Below, piece by piece: positions 33,599-37,106 of a stretch of 37,106 bases of DNA. The stretch comes from Saprospiraceae bacterium (lineage in GTDB: Bacteria; Bacteroidota; Bacteroidia; Chitinophagales; Saprospiraceae): assembly GCA_020852155.1 (NCBI GenBank), contig JADZBJ010000253.1, positions 1 through 37,106 of the forward strand. Reading direction: 5' to 3'. The first letter of the stretch is position 1; each line of letters begins with the position of its first letter. The translations under genes and the position numbers were made by a program. Under the pieces are notes generated by a model. That model worked only from the letters and a program-made list of their open reading frames with translations, made no database searches and was not told the origin of the DNA.

Positions 33599-35492
33599 TA
33601 ACTAATTTCCCCTCTTCGTTTTCCCGGATTTTTTGTTCCTGAACCATGTAGGTAAGCGCCTTCATGACAGCCTCATGGCGTTTCATGGGAAAGGCTTCTA
33701 ATAATTCCGTTTGGGTGAGCGCTTCCTTGCGTAGCAGGTCCATTATTTTTTTCTCGTAAACAGCGATTTGGGAGGTTTTTTCAGGCTCGTTTCGTCCTGT
33801 ACAAATATCGCAAATGCCGCAGGCCGGACTATCAGGCTCATTGAAATAGGCCAATAGCAACTGACTTCGGCACAGTCGCCTTTCGGCGTAGTGAATGGCG
33901 GCTTCGAGGCGTTTTTCCGCTTGTTCTTTCCGAAATTTGAACTTTTCAAGGTCAATTGTAAGGTTTTCAGCAGCCACCCGCTCGCGCAAGAAAGTGAGTT
34001 GCGGTTTTTCCTTACGCGGTTCGTATTGTAAAATGCCTTCCTGTTGGGCGTTTTGTATTTGTCGAATGACCACTTCCGTCGGCATTTTGGCGTACTGGGC
34101 AATCATGTTTTCACTAATGTCGGTCATGGCCTCCTGAATGCCCGGATAAGCGCGCAGGATAATTTTGATGACCGTATCGGCCTGTTTGTTGCGCAACTGA
34201 TAATCGTACAGCGTTTGTCGGTTGGCCAAAATTTGCAGACGCGCCGGCGAAGGGCTGGCATCGCTGATACTCAGCCATCCTTCCTGTTCGAGCAGTTTCA
34301 GGACAATATGCGCCTCGTGCTGATCGAAGGGAAATGCGCTGGTAAAATGCTGTAAATCAAAATCGAAGGACTCACCTTGCCCTGCGCCGACGGCCAGTTG
34401 ATAATGCGAACCCAGCGCCCGATAAACCTGCCTGACCGATGTTAGCGACGGGAAATTTTGTTGAATGGCAAAGCGCAGTTGCGTGGTGTCGTTTTCACCA
34501 TGCAACAACGTCGCGTAGGCTTTTTTGCCATCTCTTCCGGCGCGGCCAGCCTCCTGAAAATAGGCTTCCAGCATTTCAGGCAGCGAAAGGTGTACGACAA
34601 TGCGGACATCCGGTTTGTCAATGCCCATTCCGAAAGCATTGGTACAGGCCATGATGCGCGTTTTTCCGGCAATCCAGGCTTCCTGTTTGGCGCTGCGCTC
34701 TTCGTTGGTCAATCCGGCATGGTAAAAATCGGCGCTGATGCGATGTTGCTGTAAAAACCGGGCGATCTCCCTGGTTTCGCCACGGCTGCGAACATACACG
34801 ATGCCAGAGCCAGGAACCGACTTGAGAATATCCAGCAGTTTTTCCTGTTTTTGTGTTTCGTACAAGACAGAATAAGACAGGTTGCTGCGCAAAAAACTTT
34901 GCCGGAACACATTGCGCTCCCGAAAGGCTAATTTTTCCTGAATATCTTCCAGCACCTCGCTGGTGGCAGTGGCCGTCAGGGCCAGCACAGGTACGTTGGG
35001 CAGTATTTTTCGCAGTTCGGCAATTTGCAGGTAGGGCGGCCTGAAATCGTAACCCCACTGACTGATACAGTGCGCTTCATCCACGGCGAGTAGGTTGACA
35101 TTCATGCGTTGAATGCGTGCCTGAGCCAACTCTGTGCGCAGGCGTTCGGGGCTGACATACAGGAATTTATAGCCCCCTTGTGCGGCATTTTCCAGGATAA
35201 TATCAATCTCGCGGCGGCTCATACCTGAATAGATGGCTTTGGCTGAAATACCGCGCCGCTCCAGGTTATACACCTGATCTTTCATCAAGGCAATCAGGGG
35301 TGACACGACGATGCAAATCCCTTCCTTACACAGTGCCGGCACCTGAAAACAAACAGACTTTCCACCGCCCGTAGGCAGCAATGCCAGGGTATCGCGCCCG
35401 TCCAGTGCAGCGCGGATGATGTCCTCCTGCATGGGTCGGAAGGTCGAATGCCCCCAGTATTGTTGTAAAATGGAAAGTGGGTCAGCGTGCAT
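33591..35492 (-). CDS. recQ: RecQ-family ATP-dependent DNA helicase
   Basis: Motifs seen are YWGHSTFRPMQEDII, LPTGGGKSVCFQVPAL, VDEAHCISQWGYDFRPPY and TATAT. The Zn-binding region is CRSQLLLAYFNE...CGICDIC. The protein is 633 aa. Confidence 0.9.
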   Translation of the reverse strand: MHADPLSILQQYWGHSTFRPMQEDIIRAALDGRDTLALLPTGGGKSVCFQVPALCKEGICIVVSPLIALMKDQVYNLERRGISAKAIYSGMSRREIDIILENAAQGGYKFLYVSPERLRTELAQARIQRMNVNLLAVDEAHCISQWGYDFRPPYLQIAELRKILPNVPVLALTATATSEVLEDIQEKLAFRERNVFRQSFLRSNLSYSVLYETQKQEKLLDILKSVPGSGIVYVRSRGETREIARFLQQHRISADFYHAGLTNEERSAKQEAWIAGKTRIMACTNAFGMGIDKPDVRIVVHLSLPEMLEAYFQEAGRAGRDGKKAYATLLHGENDTTQLRFAIQQNFPSLTSVRQVYRALGSHYQLAVGAGQGESFDFDLQHFTSAFPFDQHEAHIVLKLLEQEGWLSISDASPSPARLQILANRQTLYDYQLRNKQADTVIKIILRAYPGIQEAMTDISENMIAQYAKMPTEVVIRQIQNAQQEGILQYEPRKEKPQLTFLRERVAAENLTIDLEKFKFRKEQAEKRLEAAIHYAERRLCRSQLLLAYFNEPDSPACGICDICTGRNEPEKTSQIAVYEKKIMDLLRKEALTQTELLEAFPMKRHEAVMKALTYMVQEQKIRENEEGKLVMS

Positions 35493-35658
35493 GGGGAAGG
35501 TTAATCGCGTACCAGTTCATCGCTTAAAGCCCCTGATGTAAGTCTGAGTACGGTGTGCATATTTTTGATGACAAAAGTAGGCGATTTTTGCAATTATCTA
35601 CCCGGACGGCAGTTGTTTAGTATAACGGCTTCCCGTACGTTTACGCAAAACAACGCAC

Positions 35659-36036
35659 ATGAAACAGATCAATCAACGGATTCGATACGCCGGAGTTGCC
35701 GTATTGCTTATCGTCATAGCCCTGGGCTTGCGGGCCATATGGGCTTACTTGCCTTATTTTATCAATTTCTGGATCGGTGATTTCCTGTGGGCCATGATGC
35801 TGTACTACTTAGGCATGGCATTGTTTCTTCCTGCCAACAAGTATCGTTTTACGGCTGGTTTGGTGGTATTTTGCTGGTTAGTTGAAGCCTCGCAGGCATG
35901 GCACACCCCGTTTTTAGACGCTTTTCGGGAAACCACTTTGGGTGGCTTATTGCTGGGGCATGGATTCTTGTGGTCTGACATCATAGCATACACGGCCGGG
36001 GCTATTGCGGGGTATTTACTGGATATTCGGAAATAA
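35659..36036 (+). CDS. Small integral membrane protein, DUF2809-like (name recalled from memory)
   Basis: A 125-aa protein with 4 TM helices. WIGDFLWAMMLYY...SQAWHTPFLDAFRETTLGGLLLGHGFLWSDIIAYTAGA matches the pattern I associate with DUF2809. Confidence 0.55.
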   Translation: MKQINQRIRYAGVAVLLIVIALGLRAIWAYLPYFINFWIGDFLWAMMLYYLGMALFLPANKYRFTAGLVVFCWLVEASQAWHTPFLDAFRETTLGGLLLGHGFLWSDIIAYTAGAIAGYLLDIRK

Positions 36037-36056
36037 TGCTGATTTGAGTTTTTTAG

Positions 36057-36212
36057 CCTCATTTCGATATTCAAAAAATTTTCCGCGAATGCGGTTACAA
36101 AACGGCGGAGGGCATCGCCGTCTCGGTCACCGCGCATTTTATTTTTGAAAAATGGCTCTATCCGCGCACGTACTTCGGCGCGTGGTTGCGTGACGTGGAA
36201 AAACGGATGTGA
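36057..36212 (+). pseudogene. Startless 51-codon open frame with native-looking composition (possible gene remnant)
   Basis: The frame opens after the TAG at 36054-36056 and reads PHFDIQKIFRECGYKTAEGIAVSVTAHFIFEKWLYPRTYFGAWLRDVEKRM, ending at the TGA at 36210-36212. The only ATG, GTG or TTG is a TTG near the end. Confidence 0.25.
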
Positions 36213-36221
36213 GAAACTGTT

Positions 36222-37106
36222 TTAAAAAGCCCCCATATCGCCCACGCCGATAAAACCTGCCCAGAAAAGAGGGTTTTCACGGCCGTCCCCGCCGTCCAGA
36301 ATGAAGGAACGCTTGGCATTGGCTAAAGCGGCATCCTTACGTTGGCCGTCCTTTAGATTTTGATAAAACAGCGTCATGAGTTCCATGGTCCACGCATCGT
36401 CCACGCTCCAAAGTGCTGTGACAACGGAGTGCGCGCCTGCGTAGGTGAAGGCTCTCGTAAGCCCGATGATGCCCTCTCCGTTCCGTATTTGCCCGAGTCC
36501 TGTCTGGCAGGCACTCAGTACGATCATATCGGCATGTAGGCGCAGGTTATAGACCTCTCTGACGTAGAGCCATTCGCTTTCTATGGAATCTTCCGGGGCC
36601 TCGAAAAAGGCGAGATAGGAATAATCGCCATTGCGGTCGTCGGCAGCACTGTGCTGTGCTGTATGGACAATCCTGAAATACTGTGCTGTGTCGCAGAAAA
36701 GGCGCTTTGTGGCATCTTCTCCCGTAAAAACCTGACCGCCCATTATTTTTTGGATGGCGAGTACCTCTTGATCGTTGTATTTCAAGGCAGTGTGTCCTCT
36801 TCGCTCCGGAACTGGCATATAAGTGGATGGGGCCAGCGGTTTGGCGCCTGCATATGTGGGGGCCATGCCCAGAAATGCGTACTTTGCACTACCTGCACCC
36901 TTACGTTCGCGCATTTCGCGGAGTAGTGTGGCGGAGTAGCAGTAACTGATGTCGTGTTCGAGTACCCAGTACTTGTACCTTGTCATTTTGGTGTCTTGTG
37001 CCGGGTATTCGCGAAGCAATGCCTCAAACGGGACGTAAGCCAATATGCCATCCGGGATAACGACGATGCGATCGCCTTTGGGTATGAAGGCATCAAGCGG
37101 GAAGAC
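36222..37106 (-). CDS. CHAT-domain (caspase-like) protease, C-terminal 294 codons; 5' end beyond the right edge
   Basis: The frame stays open upstream of the track M at 37043 to base 37106 (VFPLDAFIPKGDRIVVIPDGILAYVPFEALL...). The His context is FRIVHTAQHS. The Cys context is MIVLSACQTGLGQIRNGEGIIGLTRAFTYAGAHSVVTALW, followed by NPLFWAGFIGVGD. Confidence 0.8.
   Translation of the reverse strand, partial: VFPLDAFIPKGDRIVVIPDGILAYVPFEALLREYPAQDTKMTRYKYWVLEHDISYCYSATLLREMRERKGAGSAKYAFLGMAPTYAGAKPLAPSTYMPVPERRGHTALKYNDQEVLAIQKIMGGQVFTGEDATKRLFCDTAQYFRIVHTAQHSAADDRNGDYSYLAFFEAPEDSIESEWLYVREVYNLRLHADMIVLSACQTGLGQIRNGEGIIGLTRAFTYAGAHSVVTALWSVDDAWTMELMTLFYQNLKDGQRKDAALANAKRSFILDGGDGRENPLFWAGFIGVGDMGAF

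Noticed and set aside
35805-36137. 110-aa minus-strand ORF
   Set aside because: It is antisense to the well-formed DUF2809-like membrane protein and has an atypical Arg/Asn-rich composition.

Overview
A 37.1-kb chromosomal segment of about 50% GC. It is most likely from a Bacteroidota genome of the Cytophagia/Saprospiria type. Support for that placement: lipoprotein-type signals, almost no Shine-Dalgarno spacing signals, one clean TTTG-N21-TAnnTTTG promoter, a solitary gatA, and several families of intergenic hairpin repeats. Most of the window is ordinary housekeeping or accessory metabolism. Genes I can support are: an LtaS-like sulfatase-family gene (partial at the left edge), a GH32 fructosidase, a LysE exporter, a Nudix CoA pyrophosphatase, an FAD oxidoreductase, a complete tripartite RND efflux operon, UbiX, an M28 peptidase, a 1245-aa multi-TM histidine kinase, GatA, a heptose-1-P adenylyltransferase-like gene, a RecQ-family helicase, and a bacterial type-A RNase P RNA (rnpB, 26021-26421, minus strand) that the ORF track covers with spurious ORFs. 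I found no CRISPR array, tRNA, rRNA, transposase, integrase or recognisable canonical defence system. Eight things deserve a second look. (1) A translationally coupled pair: a YbjN-like protein plus a cytoplasmic trypsin-like protease fused to a zinc ribbon and a second YbjN-like domain (4066-6535). (2) A 1.7-kb low-GC islet of three orphan secreted/membrane proteins (about 16.85-18.55 kb), with a MITE-like element and its solo end nearby. (3) A low-GC gene for a membrane-anchored wHTH-like protein next to rnpB, embedded in a 52-53-bp tandem hairpin array. (4) A conserved-unknown pair of a parallel beta-helix protein and a diheme cytochrome c. (5) A 5'-truncated CHAT (caspase-like) protease gene at the right edge. 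(6) Large composite GTTGAA/TTCAAC palindromes, including a 9-nt tandem array. (7) A symmetric inverted repeat that supplies the stop codons of two convergent genes. (8) A repeat element carrying a consensus promoter inside the RND operon. All functional names come from motif recognition by eye. No database search was run.
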